From the NCBI RefSeq assembly GCF_014280195.1, contig NZ_CP047960.1:1860001-1892000 (forward strand): a stretch of 32,000 nucleotides of DNA, in the 5' to 3' direction. This document shows, in pieces, positions 10,645 to 20,500 of this stretch; positions within the stretch are counted from its first letter, which is position 1, and every line of letters starts with the position of its first letter. The notes below the pieces were generated by a model. That model saw nothing but the letters and a program-made list of their open reading frames with translations. It searched no databases and had not been told where the DNA came from. The stretch is from Synechococcus sp. A15-24 (GTDB lineage Bacteria > Cyanobacteriota > Cyanobacteriia > PCC-6307 > Cyanobiaceae). A program made the translations under genes and the position numbers.

Positions 10645-11742
10645 ATGGACGCCTCGACCCTTGTCGCGCGGCTTGAGGCCGCCACAGCCAGCTTCCGCAA
10701 CCTCGAGCGGCAGCTGGCTGATCCCGATGTGGCTGCGGATCCCACTCGGCTGGAAAAAATCGCCCGTGAACGGGCACGGCTCGAGCCATTGGTGCTCGAC
10801 TTCGAAGAGCTGCAGGGTCTTGAAGAGGAACAGCAACAATCTCGCGAGCTGCTGAAGGAAAGCCGCGGCGATGCCGCGATGGAGGAGCTGGCCCAAGAGG
10901 ATTTAGCCAGCCTCAATCAACGCCACGCCGAGCTCACCGAAAAACTCACGGTGGCCCTGCTGCCCCGCGACCCCCGCGATGAACGCAGCGTCATGTTGGA
11001 GATCAGAGCCGGGGCCGGTGGCGATGAAGCCTGCATCTGGGCCGGCGATCTGGCGCGCATGTACGAGCGCTACAGCCAGAAGCTCGGCTGGAACGTGCAA
11101 CCCATCAGCAGCAATGAAGCCGATCTGGGGGGGTTCCGGGAACTGATCCTGTCGGTGAAAGGCGACAGCGTGTTCAGTCAGCTCAAGTTCGAAGCCGGTG
11201 TGCATCGGGTGCAGCGGGTTCCCGCCACCGAATCCCAGGGTCGGGTCCACACCTCCACAGCCACGGTGGCCGTGATGCCGGAAGCCGATGCGGTGGAGGT
11301 GCAGCTGGATCCCAAGGATCTGGAGATCAGCACCGCCCGTTCTGGTGGCGCCGGTGGTCAGAACGTCAACAAGGTGGAAACCGCCGTGGACCTGCTGCAC
11401 AAACCCAGCGGCATCCGTGTGTTCTGCACCCAGGAGCGCTCTCAGCTGCAGAACCGGGAACGGGCTCTGGAAATCCTGCGAGCGAAACTCCTGGAACAGG
11501 AGCAACGGGAGGCGGCGGCCCGGGAAAGCAGCGACCGACGCGCCCAGGTGGGCAGCGGTGATCGCAGCGAAAAAATCCGCACCTACAACTACAAAGACAA
11601 CCGCACCACCGATCACCGGCTGGGCAGAAACTTTTCACTGGATCCGGTGCTGGATGGCCAGCTTGAGGATCTGATCGGCGCCTGCATCGCAGAAGAGCAG
11701 CGGCAGAAACTAGAGGCCCTCAGCCAACAGAACGAGGACTGA
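10645..11742 (+). CDS. prfA: Peptide chain release factor 1
   Basis: 365 aa. GGQ motif [19 protein letters not shown]1-type PxT tripeptide in [14 protein letters not shown]. No internal frameshift, so not RF2. Confidence 0.96.
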   Translation: MDASTLVARLEAATASFRNLERQLADPDVAADPTRLEKIARERARLEPLVLDFEELQGLEEEQQQSRELLKESRGDAAMEELAQEDLASLNQRHAELTEKLTVALLPRDPRDERSVMLEIRAGAGGDEACIWAGDLARMYERYSQKLGWNVQPISSNEADLGGFRELILSVKGDSVFSQLKFEAGVHRVQRVPATESQGRVHTSTATVAVMPEADAVEVQLDPKDLEISTARSGGAGGQNVNKVETAVDLLHKPSGIRVFCTQERSQLQNRERALEILRAKLLEQEQREAAARESSDRRAQVGSGDRSEKIRTYNYKDNRTTDHRLGRNFSLDPVLDGQLEDLIGACIAEEQRQKLEALSQQNED

Positions 11743-11750
11743 CGTGCAGC

Positions 11751-12251
11751 TCAGGCTCCGATCACGTACTTAGCCCATTCGCTGTGACGGCCGGAATGGA
11801 TCTGGCGGGTGGCTTCAAAACTGAGGCTGCTCAAAGGACGCCGCGGCACCCGCATCAGCGGCATGTCCGCCTCCTTCGGGGTGCGATTGCCCTTGCGCAC
11901 ATTGCAGCTCAGACAGGCGGTGGTCACGTTTTCCCATGTGTCAACACCACCGCGGCTGCGAGGCACCACATGGTCGATTGACAGCGGTTCGTTGCGGCAG
12001 CCGCAGTACTGACAGCTGTGGTTATCGCGATGGAACAGGTTGCGTCGGGTCAGAGGCAACTGCCGAAAGGGCACCCGGACGAACTGGCGCAAACGAATGA
12101 CCGTCGGGAGGTGGGTACCACGCCGGATCTCTCGGGTGGAATCCTGCTCGAGACTCTCAGCCTTGCCCTTGAGCATCATCACCATGGCGCGGCGCCAGGT
12201 GGTGATGTTCAGCGGCTCGTAGGACGCATTGAGAACGAGAACCTGGCCCAT
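11751..12251 (-). CDS. Stand-alone HNH endonuclease-family protein (about 166 aa)
   Basis: HNH/Zn motif CQYCG...LSIDHVVPRSRGGVDTWENVTTACLSCNVRKGNR. The conserved-looking N-terminus MGQVLVLNASYEPLNITTWRRAMVMML starts at ATG 12251, with an alternative ATG at 12275. The Arg/Pro/Gly-rich extension to 12509 in the track looks non-coding. Confidence 0.8.
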   Translation of the reverse strand: MGQVLVLNASYEPLNITTWRRAMVMMLKGKAESLEQDSTREIRRGTHLPTVIRLRQFVRVPFRQLPLTRRNLFHRDNHSCQYCGCRNEPLSIDHVVPRSRGGVDTWENVTTACLSCNVRKGNRTPKEADMPLMRVPRRPLSSLSFEATRQIHSGRHSEWAKYVIGA

Positions 12252-12325
12252 GCCAGCTCCCTGAATACAGGCCATGCTATCGATTCCACCAAGCCCCCCT
12301 TGGTAACGCTGAGCACCAAAGCCCC

Positions 12326-13456
12326 ATGTCGGAGCTAAGTCCACGCCAGCGCGCCTGGGTGGAGGTCTCCCCCACGGCCATTGAGGCCAACTGCCGACTG
12401 CTGTGCCGTCGACTTGCCCCCGGCTGCCAGCTGATGGCCGTGGTGAAAGCCGACGGCTATGGCCACGGCGCCGTGACCGTGGCAACGGCCGCCCTACGTG
12501 GCGGGGCATCCAGCCTTGGCGTGGCCACCCTTCAGGAAGGCCTGGAACTGCGGGATGCAGGCATCGAGGCGCCGGTGCTGATCCTCAGCGCCTTGCCCAA
12601 CTCGGAGGATCTCCGCCACTGCCTGGAGCGGCGGCTGATGCCGACCCTGAGCAGCCTGGATGAAGCGAACACGGCCGCGGCGGTGGCTGCTTGGCGAGGA
12701 ACCGAGCGCTTTCCTGTGCAGCTGAAACTCGATACAGGGATGGCCAGGCTTGGTAGCGAATGGCAGGAGGGCGCCCAGCTGGTGCAGTCCATCCGCGCCC
12801 TGCCGCAGCTGGACCTGGTGGGGCTCTACAGCCATCTCGCCTGTGCAGATGAGCCTGAGGACCAGTTCACCCACGTGCAGCTGCAGCGCTTTGGATCCGT
12901 CATTGAAGCCCTGCCGGATGGGGGCCGCGGCCTGTGCTGTCATCTGGCCAATTCCGCCGGCACCCTGCAGGATCCCCGCTTCCATCTGGACATGGTGCGC
13001 GTTGGTCTCGCCCTTTACGGACAATCCCCAGCAGAACACCTCGGCCAGGATCTGGCTCTGCAGCCCGCCTTGGCGGTGAAGGCACGCGTCAGCCTGATCC
13101 GGGAGGTGCCGAGCGGTAGCGGCGTCAGCTACGGCCATCGGTTTGTCACCAGCCGTCCGTCGCGCCTGGCAGTGATCGCCATTGGATATGCCGACGGCGT
13201 GGTCCGCGCCCTCAGCGGCCGCATCGACGTCCTGCATCGTGGTCGCCGGCTGCCGCAGGTGGGCAACATCACCATGGACCAGATCATCGTCGACGCCACA
13301 GATGTCGAGGACCTGACGGTGGGTGACAGTGTCACGCTGCTGGGGGAGGACGGAGGTGACCGCATCAGTCCTCAGGACTGGAGCACTCGCTGCGGCTCCA
13401 TCCCCTGGGAAATTCTCTGTGGTTTTAAGCACCGCCTGCCGCGGGTCGAGATCTGA
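12326..13456 (+). CDS. alr: Alanine racemase
   Basis: 376 aa. PLP-lysine motif AVVKADGYGHG. C-terminal ...ITMDQIIVD...WEILCGFKHRLPRV. Typical Alr architecture. Confidence 0.92.
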   Translation: MSELSPRQRAWVEVSPTAIEANCRLLCRRLAPGCQLMAVVKADGYGHGAVTVATAALRGGASSLGVATLQEGLELRDAGIEAPVLILSALPNSEDLRHCLERRLMPTLSSLDEANTAAAVAAWRGTERFPVQLKLDTGMARLGSEWQEGAQLVQSIRALPQLDLVGLYSHLACADEPEDQFTHVQLQRFGSVIEALPDGGRGLCCHLANSAGTLQDPRFHLDMVRVGLALYGQSPAEHLGQDLALQPALAVKARVSLIREVPSGSGVSYGHRFVTSRPSRLAVIAIGYADGVVRALSGRIDVLHRGRRLPQVGNITMDQIIVDATDVEDLTVGDSVTLLGEDGGDRISPQDWSTRCGSIPWEILCGFKHRLPRVEI

Positions 13457-13493
13457 CCGACCGTCCAACGCTTGGTACTCTTGTGTGGCCACT

Positions 13494-13582
13494 GGAGAGG
13501 TGGCTGAGTGGTTGAAAGCGGCTCCCTGCTAAGGAGTTACAGGAGGCAACTTCTGTCGAGGGTTCGAATCCCTCCCTCTCCG
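13494..13582 (+). tRNA. tRNA-Ser (anticodon GCU), type II with long variable arm; CCA not encoded
   Basis: I folded the cloverleaf by hand. Acceptor GGAGAGG/CCTCTCC. Anticodon stem GCTCC/GGAGT with loop CTGCTAA. Long variable arm. T-arm GAGGG-TTCGAAT-CCCTC. Discriminator G at 13582. Confidence 0.93.
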
Positions 13583-13603
13583 TTCCGGTTCAGATACACG
13601 GTT

Positions 13604-14509
13604 TCAGCTCTCTTCTGGAGGGGTGAAATCGCACAACGCCCGTGCCAACTCCGGCAGGAGCTGGTCGTCCTGGGCGCGATCGCTGCCGCTGCCAAAGGCC
13701 ACAACCATCGTTGGGGGAGCATCGGAGACCTGCCACCAAGCGGCGTCATGCCGGGCCTGACTCATCCAACCCGCCTTGCTCCAGAGGCGACTCGCTGCAG
13801 GTAGCCCTTCCCCAAGAAATCCATCCACCTGGTTCTCCGGATCGGCCCGACGCTGATCCGGGACAAGTGAACGACTGAACAGGTCCCGCAACCGCCGGCA
13901 GGCGGGGGGTGAGACAACAGCGCCGGTCATCACCGCCTCCAACATCCGAGCCGTGGCGGCCGTGCTCAAGGCATTGCGGTTGCCATTGTCGGCGCCATAG
14001 AAATGCTTCTCCCTGCCATAGGGGCCGTCTCCCCAGGTTTTCTGGCAACAGTTGACGCCATCGAGCTCCGACCATTCCAAGCTGGCCAACCAGTCATTCA
14101 CCAGTCGTCGCTGGCGCTGCCACTGCTCCCAACGTTCCCCATGCAGCTCCGAGCCGCTGGTGGTGCCGGTGAGCAGATCCACCACCAATCCCGTGGCGTC
14201 ATTGCTCGAGTCCGCGATCATGTCCCGCATGGCGCGCTGGAGTTCGTCGCTGTCAGGGATCATGTCCCGCTGCTGCCAGCGCTCGACCGCCACCGCATAA
14301 ATCAGCTTCACCACGCTGGCGGGATAGACGCAGCGCTCCTGATTCCAGCCAGCACCAAGGCCCTGACCCGCCTGAGGGCTGACGTCGCTGTAGCGCACCC
14401 ACGTGATGGACAGGCTGTTGCGCAACCCAGGACGCCCCGCAGCATCCAGCTGGTCGAGCACCGATTCGAGATGGGACGCCATGGCGGGATCGGGGCGGTA
14501 GAACGCCAT
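13604..14509 (-). CDS. Class-A beta-lactamase-like serine hydrolase (possible peptidoglycan/D-Ala-D-Ala-acting enzyme)
   Basis: 301 aa. Has SxxK (PASVVKL), SxN-like (SSNDATG) and a KTG-like triad (SKAGW) in the correct order and spacing. Alternative start at ATG 14482. Confidence 0.7.
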   Translation of the reverse strand: MAFYRPDPAMASHLESVLDQLDAAGRPGLRNSLSITWVRYSDVSPQAGQGLGAGWNQERCVYPASVVKLIYAVAVERWQQRDMIPDSDELQRAMRDMIADSSNDATGLVVDLLTGTTSGSELHGERWEQWQRQRRLVNDWLASLEWSELDGVNCCQKTWGDGPYGREKHFYGADNGNRNALSTAATARMLEAVMTGAVVSPPACRRLRDLFSRSLVPDQRRADPENQVDGFLGEGLPAASRLWSKAGWMSQARHDAAWWQVSDAPPTMVVAFGSGSDRAQDDQLLPELARALCDFTPPEES

Positions 14510-14526
14510 GGCGACAGCGACGGGTC

Positions 14527-15255
14527 ATGGCGACGTTAAACACCCTGCTGGCTCCCGACCTGGTGCAGCTGGGAACCCAGTGGACCCTGCTGAGCGACGT
14601 CAATGGCTACGGGCGCTCCACGGGCGACAGCCTCACCACCCAGGGGCGCTCTGGTCGCACCATCCGATTGCTGCAACGGAGCGGCGATCGACTGTTGGTG
14701 CAGCTGCTGGAGGACGGCTACCGCTGCTGGATGGATCTCGAGGCCCTCATCGGGCGCGCGAAGCAACTGCCTGACTGGAAACCAACCTTGCTGCCAGCAA
14801 CGGAGATCCAGCGGCGACTGCCGGCGGTCCTGGCCTGGAGCGAGCACGCCGAACAGCAGCCCAACCACTACCTCTGGGGCGGCACCACCGAACCGAACAT
14901 GGATTGCTCAGGCCTGATGCAGCTGGCCTTTGCCAGCCAGGGCATCTGGATCCCACGGGACGCGTATCAGCAGGAGCGTTTCTGCCAACCCGTCGCCGTC
15001 GCGGTCGGCGCGCTGGATCTGTTACGTCCGGGGGATCTGATCTTCTTCGGCTCTCCGCGGCGTTGTACCCATGTCGGGATCCATTTGGGCGGTGGCCGCT
15101 ACCGCCACAGTTCAGGCCGGGAGCATGGTCGCAACGGAATCGGCGTCGACAGCCTTCACCTTTCGGATCGTCATCCCGTCGCCAGTCACTATCGGAGCGA
15201 GCTGAGAGGAGCGGGGCGCGTGATCCGTTGCCACGACGGAGCCTCACTGAGCTAG
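14527..15255 (+). CDS. NlpC/P60 (C40) peptidoglycan endopeptidase with SH3-like N-terminal domain
   Basis: 242 aa. Catalytic Cys context YLWGGTTEPNMDCSGLMQLAF. His context DLIFFGSPRRCTHVGIHLG. Confidence 0.85.
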   Translation: MATLNTLLAPDLVQLGTQWTLLSDVNGYGRSTGDSLTTQGRSGRTIRLLQRSGDRLLVQLLEDGYRCWMDLEALIGRAKQLPDWKPTLLPATEIQRRLPAVLAWSEHAEQQPNHYLWGGTTEPNMDCSGLMQLAFASQGIWIPRDAYQQERFCQPVAVAVGALDLLRPGDLIFFGSPRRCTHVGIHLGGGRYRHSSGREHGRNGIGVDSLHLSDRHPVASHYRSELRGAGRVIRCHDGASLS

Positions 15256-15304
15256 GCGGCGGGACTGGTCGGCTTAAGTTGCATCGATCAGCAGAAACTC
15301 CGGC

Positions 15305-16267
15305 ATGAGCACACCCCTGGACCTGTCCGTGGTGGTGCCCCTCTACAACGAAGAGGAAAGCCTGCCGTATCTGGTGGAGCAGTTGCTTCAGGCCCTGCGC
15401 CCCATTGGCGAACGCTTCGAACTGGTGCTGGTCAACGACGGGTCCAGCGACCGCACAGCCGAGGTCTTGGAGCAGCTCAGCCATCAGGTCCCCGAACTAG
15501 TCGCAGTGCTGCTGCGCAAGAACTACGGCCAGACCGCAGCGATGGCCGCCGGGTTTGATGTAGCCCAGGGCGACGTCATCGTCAGCCTCGATGGCGACCT
15601 GCAGAACGACCCCGCCGACATTCCCATGCTGCTGGCCAAGCTGCGGGAGGGCTACGACCTGGTGAGCGGCTGGCGCCATCAGCGCCAGGACGCCGCCCTG
15701 CAACGCAAATTGCCCTCTCGCATCGCCAACCGCCTGATCGGACGCGTCACCGGCGTGAAGCTGCACGACTACGGCTGCTCCCTCAAGGCCTACCGGCGCG
15801 AGGTGCTTTCAGACATGCGCCTCTACGGCGAACTGCACCGCTTCCTGCCTGCACTGGCCTTCATCGAGGGAGCACGCATCACCGAGGTGAAGGTGAACCA
15901 CCGGGCCCGCCAGTACGGCAGCAGCAAATACGGCATCGACCGCACGTTCCGGGTGCTGATGGACCTGCTGACGGTGTGGTTTATGAAGCGCTTCCTCACC
16001 CGGCCGATGTACGTCTTCGGATTCGGGGGGCTTATCGCCATGCTCGGCAGCCTGCTCGCCAGCACTTACCTCTTGGTGGTGAAGCTGATGGGTGGAGACA
16101 TCGGCAACCGCCCGCTGCTCACCCTGGCGGTGGTGCTGGGGTTAGCGGGGATTCAGCTGTTCTGTTTCGGACTGCTCGGAGAGCTGCTGATCCGCACGTA
16201 TCACGAAAGTCAGGGGCGCCCGATCTATCGCATCCGCGAAACATTGCGCGGCGACCGCACCGTCTGA
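15305..16267 (+). CDS. Family-2 glycosyltransferase, polyprenyl-phosphate sugar transferase type (GtrB/ArnC/DPM1-like), two C-terminal TM helices
   Basis: 320 aa. LSVVVPLYNEEESL, LVNDGSSDRT, VSLDGDLQNDP (DxD). Hydrophobic C-terminal pair (MYVFGFGGLIAMLGSLL..., LTLAVVLGLAGIQLFCFGLLGELL). Confidence 0.88.
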   Translation: MSTPLDLSVVVPLYNEEESLPYLVEQLLQALRPIGERFELVLVNDGSSDRTAEVLEQLSHQVPELVAVLLRKNYGQTAAMAAGFDVAQGDVIVSLDGDLQNDPADIPMLLAKLREGYDLVSGWRHQRQDAALQRKLPSRIANRLIGRVTGVKLHDYGCSLKAYRREVLSDMRLYGELHRFLPALAFIEGARITEVKVNHRARQYGSSKYGIDRTFRVLMDLLTVWFMKRFLTRPMYVFGFGGLIAMLGSLLASTYLLVVKLMGGDIGNRPLLTLAVVLGLAGIQLFCFGLLGELLIRTYHESQGRPIYRIRETLRGDRTV

Positions 16268-16689
16268 GCCGTTTCGCGGCGCGGCGCTCCGCGAAACGGC
16301 TCCATCGCCTCCGCTGCAGCTTCCACCACCCGAGCATCGCTGTCCCTGAGGGCACGCTTCAGCAACGGCAGAACGGAACGGTGTCCCCAAAGTGCCGCCT
16401 CCCGCACAGCATCAAGCCGTTGCTCCGGCCCTGATGCCATGCGCTGGCGCAGCCGCTGCTGCAACGCCAGACGGCCCTGCTCCGTTTGGGGAGCTGTCCA
16501 ATCAGCCAGAGGATCTTCTACAGCGGTGTCTGGACTGGACGGTTCGATCACCAGCTCCAATTGGGCCCGGTTCAACTGAGCCACGCTGCTGGTATCCGTG
16601 CTGCTGAGCATGGCCTTGGCCGGCTTGCGGCGTAACCAGAGCACCACCGTCAGAAGAACGACAGCACCGGGGACGAGAACGTTCTGCAT
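16225..16689 (-). CDS. Membrane-anchored HEAT (PBS-lyase-type) repeat protein, function unknown
   Basis: 154 aa. N-terminal TM VLVPGAVVLLTVVLWL. HEAT-like LDAVREAALWGHRSVLPLLKRALRDSDARVVEAAAEAM. Its 3' end overlaps the GT2 3' end by 43 nt. Confidence 0.6.
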   Translation of the reverse strand: MQNVLVPGAVVLLTVVLWLRRKPAKAMLSSTDTSSVAQLNRAQLELVIEPSSPDTAVEDPLADWTAPQTEQGRLALQQRLRQRMASGPEQRLDAVREAALWGHRSVLPLLKRALRDSDARVVEAAAEAMEPFRGAPRRETAQTVRSPRNVSRMR

Positions 16690-16779
16690 GCGGATTGAAC
16701 TTTTATGTCGCCGTTGCGGCCCGAAAGAGACCGTCAGATCAGTGATCTATACGATAGCTGCGAAGCTTTTGGCCTCGAC

Positions 16780-16896
16780 ATGACTGGAGATTTCGCTGCT
16801 GCCTGGCTGCCTGCGATTTTCGTGCCCATTACCGGAATCGTTTTCCCTGCAGTGTTCATCGTCCTCGTCGGTCGAGTGATCACCGCCGCCGAGTGA
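16780..16896 (+). CDS. psaI: Photosystem I subunit VIII (PsaI)
   Basis: ATG 16780 gives a 38-aa single-TM peptide [38 protein letters not shown], directly upstream of psaL (the usual psaI-psaL operon). The longer 63-aa track ORF is rejected. Confidence 0.8.
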   Translation: MTGDFAAAWLPAIFVPITGIVFPAVFIVLVGRVITAAE

Positions 16897-16939
16897 CCGC
16901 GGATTGCGGATCGTTTCCACCCCTCAGCATTCGACTTCC

Positions 16940-17431
16940 ATGACCGTCACTCCCGTCTCTGACCCCTGCGTCGGCAACCTCGCCACCCCGGTCAACAGCG
17001 GCTATTTCATCAAGGGCCTGATCAACAACCTGCCCCTGTACCGCCCCGGCATCTCCCCCAACTTCCGTGGGCTGGAGACCGGCGCTGCCTTCGGCTATCT
17101 GCTGTACGGCCCCTTCACCATCTGCGGCCCCTTGCGTGCCACTGAGTATCAGCAGACCGCAGGTCTGCTGGCCGCCATCGGCGCGGTTCACATCCTCAGC
17201 CTGCTGTTGCTGCTGTACAACCAGCCCGGCAAGCAGCCCAACATCCCCCCCGCCGACGCCACTGTCGAGAACCCACCAGCTGATCTGTTCACCCGCACCG
17301 GCTGGGCCGATTTCACCAGTGGTTTCTGGCTGGGTGGTTGCGGCGGCGCCGTGTTCGCCTGGTTCCTCTGCAATACGGTTCACGTTCAAGACCTGTTCAA
17401 AATCGCAGCAGGAGTCTGGAGCGTCGGCTGA
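16940..17431 (+). CDS. psaL: Photosystem I subunit XI (PsaL)
   Basis: ATG 16940 gives [59 protein letters not shown]... (163 aa), a typical PsaL. Confidence 0.92.
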   Translation: MTVTPVSDPCVGNLATPVNSGYFIKGLINNLPLYRPGISPNFRGLETGAAFGYLLYGPFTICGPLRATEYQQTAGLLAAIGAVHILSLLLLLYNQPGKQPNIPPADATVENPPADLFTRTGWADFTSGFWLGGCGGAVFAWFLCNTVHVQDLFKIAAGVWSVG

Positions 17432-17491
17432 TCAGGCCAAGCTCCCCAGCTCATGATCTTTAGGGACTATCCCGTCCAGTCCCAACGCTGA

Positions 17492-17530
17492 CCCCCGGCT
17501 ATCCCTTGTTGGAGCAGCCGGGGGTTTTTG
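17492..17530 (+). terminator. Rho-independent terminator of psaI-psaL
   Basis: Perfect 9-bp GC-rich stem CCCCCGGCT (17492-17500) / AGCCGGGGG (17516-17524), followed by TTTTT (17525-17529). Confidence 0.8.
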
Positions 17531-17564
17531 ACTGTCAGTATTCAAGTCATTCCAAATCGTCCCG

Positions 17565-20500
17565 GTGCGGTCGCTCTCCCAGCCGTTTCTGCGCCGACCG
17601 GTCTTCACGATTGTCTGCAGCCTGCTGATCCTGCTGGCCGGCCTGGTGGCCCTCACCGGATTGGGACTTGAAGACCTGCCGCAGTTGGCACCGACCCGGG
17701 TCAGCGTTGGGGCCACCTTTCCCGCCGCGTCGCCGGAGGTGGTGGAGCAGAGCGTCACCGCCGTCCTGGAACAACAGCTCAACGGTTTGGAGGGGCTGGA
17801 CAGCATCAGCTCCAACAGCCGTCAGGGCGGCGCCAGCATCAGCCTGCGTTTCAGCGAAGGCGATCCGGAGCTGAATGCCATCAAGGTGCAGAACGAGGTG
17901 AACCTCGCCACCCGCCGCCTGCCTCAGGCGGTGAGCCGTCAGGGCCTGAGGGTGCGGCGCTCCTCGGATGACCTGCTGATGATCCTTGGCTTCAGCCACC
18001 CACCTGATCAGTACGTTCCCACCTTTCTGGCCGGTTGGCTGGATCAATCCCTGCGGGAGTCGCTGCTCACCACACCTGGGGTTGGCGATGTTCTGGTGTT
18101 CGGCAGCAGTGACCTTTCCTATCGCCTCTGGCTCGATCCAGATCGGTTGGAACAAGCCAACCTGACAATCTCAGATGTCAGCCGTGCCCTGGCCGAGCAG
18201 AACGTTCTGGCTGCCATCGGCAGCCTCGGCGCTTCACCGGCACCGGACGGTCAACTGATCAGCCTGCCGGTGGATGCCGAGGGACGGCTGCTCACCCAGA
18301 AGGATTTCGAGAATCTGATCCTGCGCCGCCTCGACAACGGCGGATTGCTTCGACTCAAGGATGTGGGTCGCGTCGAGCTGGGACAGCGCAGCTACGGAAG
18401 CCAGGCCATGAATCTCGAGGGGCAGCGCTCCGTGGCCGTGGGGCTCTATCAGCGTGATGGGGCCAATGCCCTGGAGGTGAGTCGAGCTGTCAAAGCAGAA
18501 CTGAAGCGACTGGAGCCCAGCTTCCCGCCCGGTGTTGAGACATCGATGATCGTGGATGTGGCTGACAACGTGCAGGCCAACCTCGATCGCACCATCGCCA
18601 CCCTGCGTGATGCCGTGCTGCTAGTGCTTGTCGTGCTGGTGCTGTTCCTGGGACGCTGGCGCCTGGCCCTGATCCCCGGTCTTGCCGTGCCGGTGGCACT
18701 GGTGGGGAGCCTGGTACTGGTGAAGCTGAGCGGCTCGAACCTCAACAGCCTGATTCTGTTTGGGATGGTGATGGCCACCGGCATCGTCGTCGATGACGCA
18801 ATCGTGGTGAGCGAAGACATCGCCGGTCGGATCGAACGGGGGGATGCCCCAAAAGCTGCGGCGGAAGACGCCATGGCCGAACTGGCCGGAGCGGTTGTGG
18901 CCACCTCCCTTGTGCTGGCCGCAGTGTTCGTACCGGTGCTGCTGATCCCCGGCTCCGTGGGACGGCTGTATCAACCGATTGCCCTGGCCATCAGCGGCGC
19001 GATTCTGTTCTCCACCCTCAACGCCCTCTCCTTCACCCCCATGGCCTGTGCCCGGGTGCTGGACTCCGGAGAAGGGCGATTGCCGGGTCCGCTGCGGCGC
19101 CTGAGCAGAGGGCTCAGGCAAGGCATGAGCGACCTGCAACGGCGCTACGCCAATTTGCTGGAGCGCTGGTTAAAGCGCGCACCGCTGGTTCTGGGCCTGC
19201 TGTTGACGGGACTGCTCATCACCGGCGCTGGGCTGAGGGCGATACCCACCGCCTTCATCCCCAACGAAGACCAGAGCCAGATCCGCGGCTACTTCACCCT
19301 GCCGGAAGGGGCCAGCCTGGAACGCACGGTGGCGGTTATGGACCGCATCCGTGCCGTGGTGGCAGAAGAACCGTTGATACGCACGGGCAACTTCTACGCC
19401 GGCCGATCCTTCGGCCAGAGCGGCGAAGACCGTGGCTCGTTCTATCTGCGGCTTCAGCCGCTGGAGCAGCGCTCCGGTCGTGATCAGAGCAGTGACGCCG
19501 TCAAACGACGACTGAACCGCGCCATCCGCAGCCAGATCGGCGACGCCCGTGTCGTAGTCACGACCCCACCAACCGTACGGGGCTTCAGCAGTGAATCCGG
19601 CTTGAGGCTGGAACTGCTGGACCGCAGCGGCGGGCAGCTCAACCTGCAGGAGTTCGAAGCCCTGGCGCAGCGCTTCATCAACACCGCCCAAGCCAGCAAC
19701 CGCTTTGAACGGGTGAGCACCCGCTTCGATGCCAGCTCCCCCCGCTGGCGCCTCAGTCTTGATCGGGATCTTCTTGCTGGCCTCGACCTCGATCTCAACA
19801 CCACCCTGCGCGACATCGGCACGGCCATCGGCGGCCGCTACATCGACGACACCTACGAGGGGGGGCGCATCCGCAGCATCTATCTGCAGTTGGACGGAGA
19901 GCGTCGAGCCGGCCCGGAGGACCTCAGCGGCTTGATGGTGCGCAACCGCAGCGGAGAGCTGGTCTCTTTGGAGAACGTGGCCACCCTGACCCGAACGGAA
20001 GGGGCCAACAGCATTCGCCACTATGGCCTCAACCGGGCCATCACGGTCACGGCGGTGCCGGCCCCTGGGGTGAGCAGCGGTCAGGCGATTCAGCAACTCA
20101 AGGCCGCTGGCGATGCGGTGGGGGGCAACAACATCGGGCTGACCTTCACGGGCCTGGCCCTGGAAGAGCAAAAGGCAGCCCGCTCAACCTGGGTGCTGTT
20201 CAGCCTCGGGGTGGTGGTGGTGTATCTGCTGCTGGCGGCGCTCTACGAAAGCTTTGTGGATCCGCTGATCATTTTGCTCACGGTGCCCATTGCCCTGATG
20301 GGGGCGCTGATCGGGCTGAAATTGCGCGGTCTGCCCCTGGATGTCTACGGACAGATGGGACTGCTGGTGTTGGTGAGCCTGGCGGCCAAGAACGGCATCC
20401 TGATTGTCGAATTCGCGAACCAACGGCTCAACGCCGGCATGAACCTGCGTGAGGCGATCCTCGGCGCCGCCGTGAACCGAATGCGGCCGATCCTGCTCAC

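Noticed and set aside
13494-16700. tRNA-Ser as the integration site of a genomic island containing the hydrolase, NlpC/P60, GT2 and HEAT genes.
   Set aside because: There is no integrase, no direct repeat of the tRNA 3' end that I could find downstream, and no obvious compositional shift. The genes look like conserved housekeeping envelope functions.
17525-17567. TTGACT at 17527-17532 as the -35 of an RND-pump promoter that would give a near-leaderless GTG start.
   Set aside because: There is no acceptable -10 hexamer at 16-18 nt spacing (only TCCAAA). Read-through from psaL or a promoter further upstream cannot be excluded.
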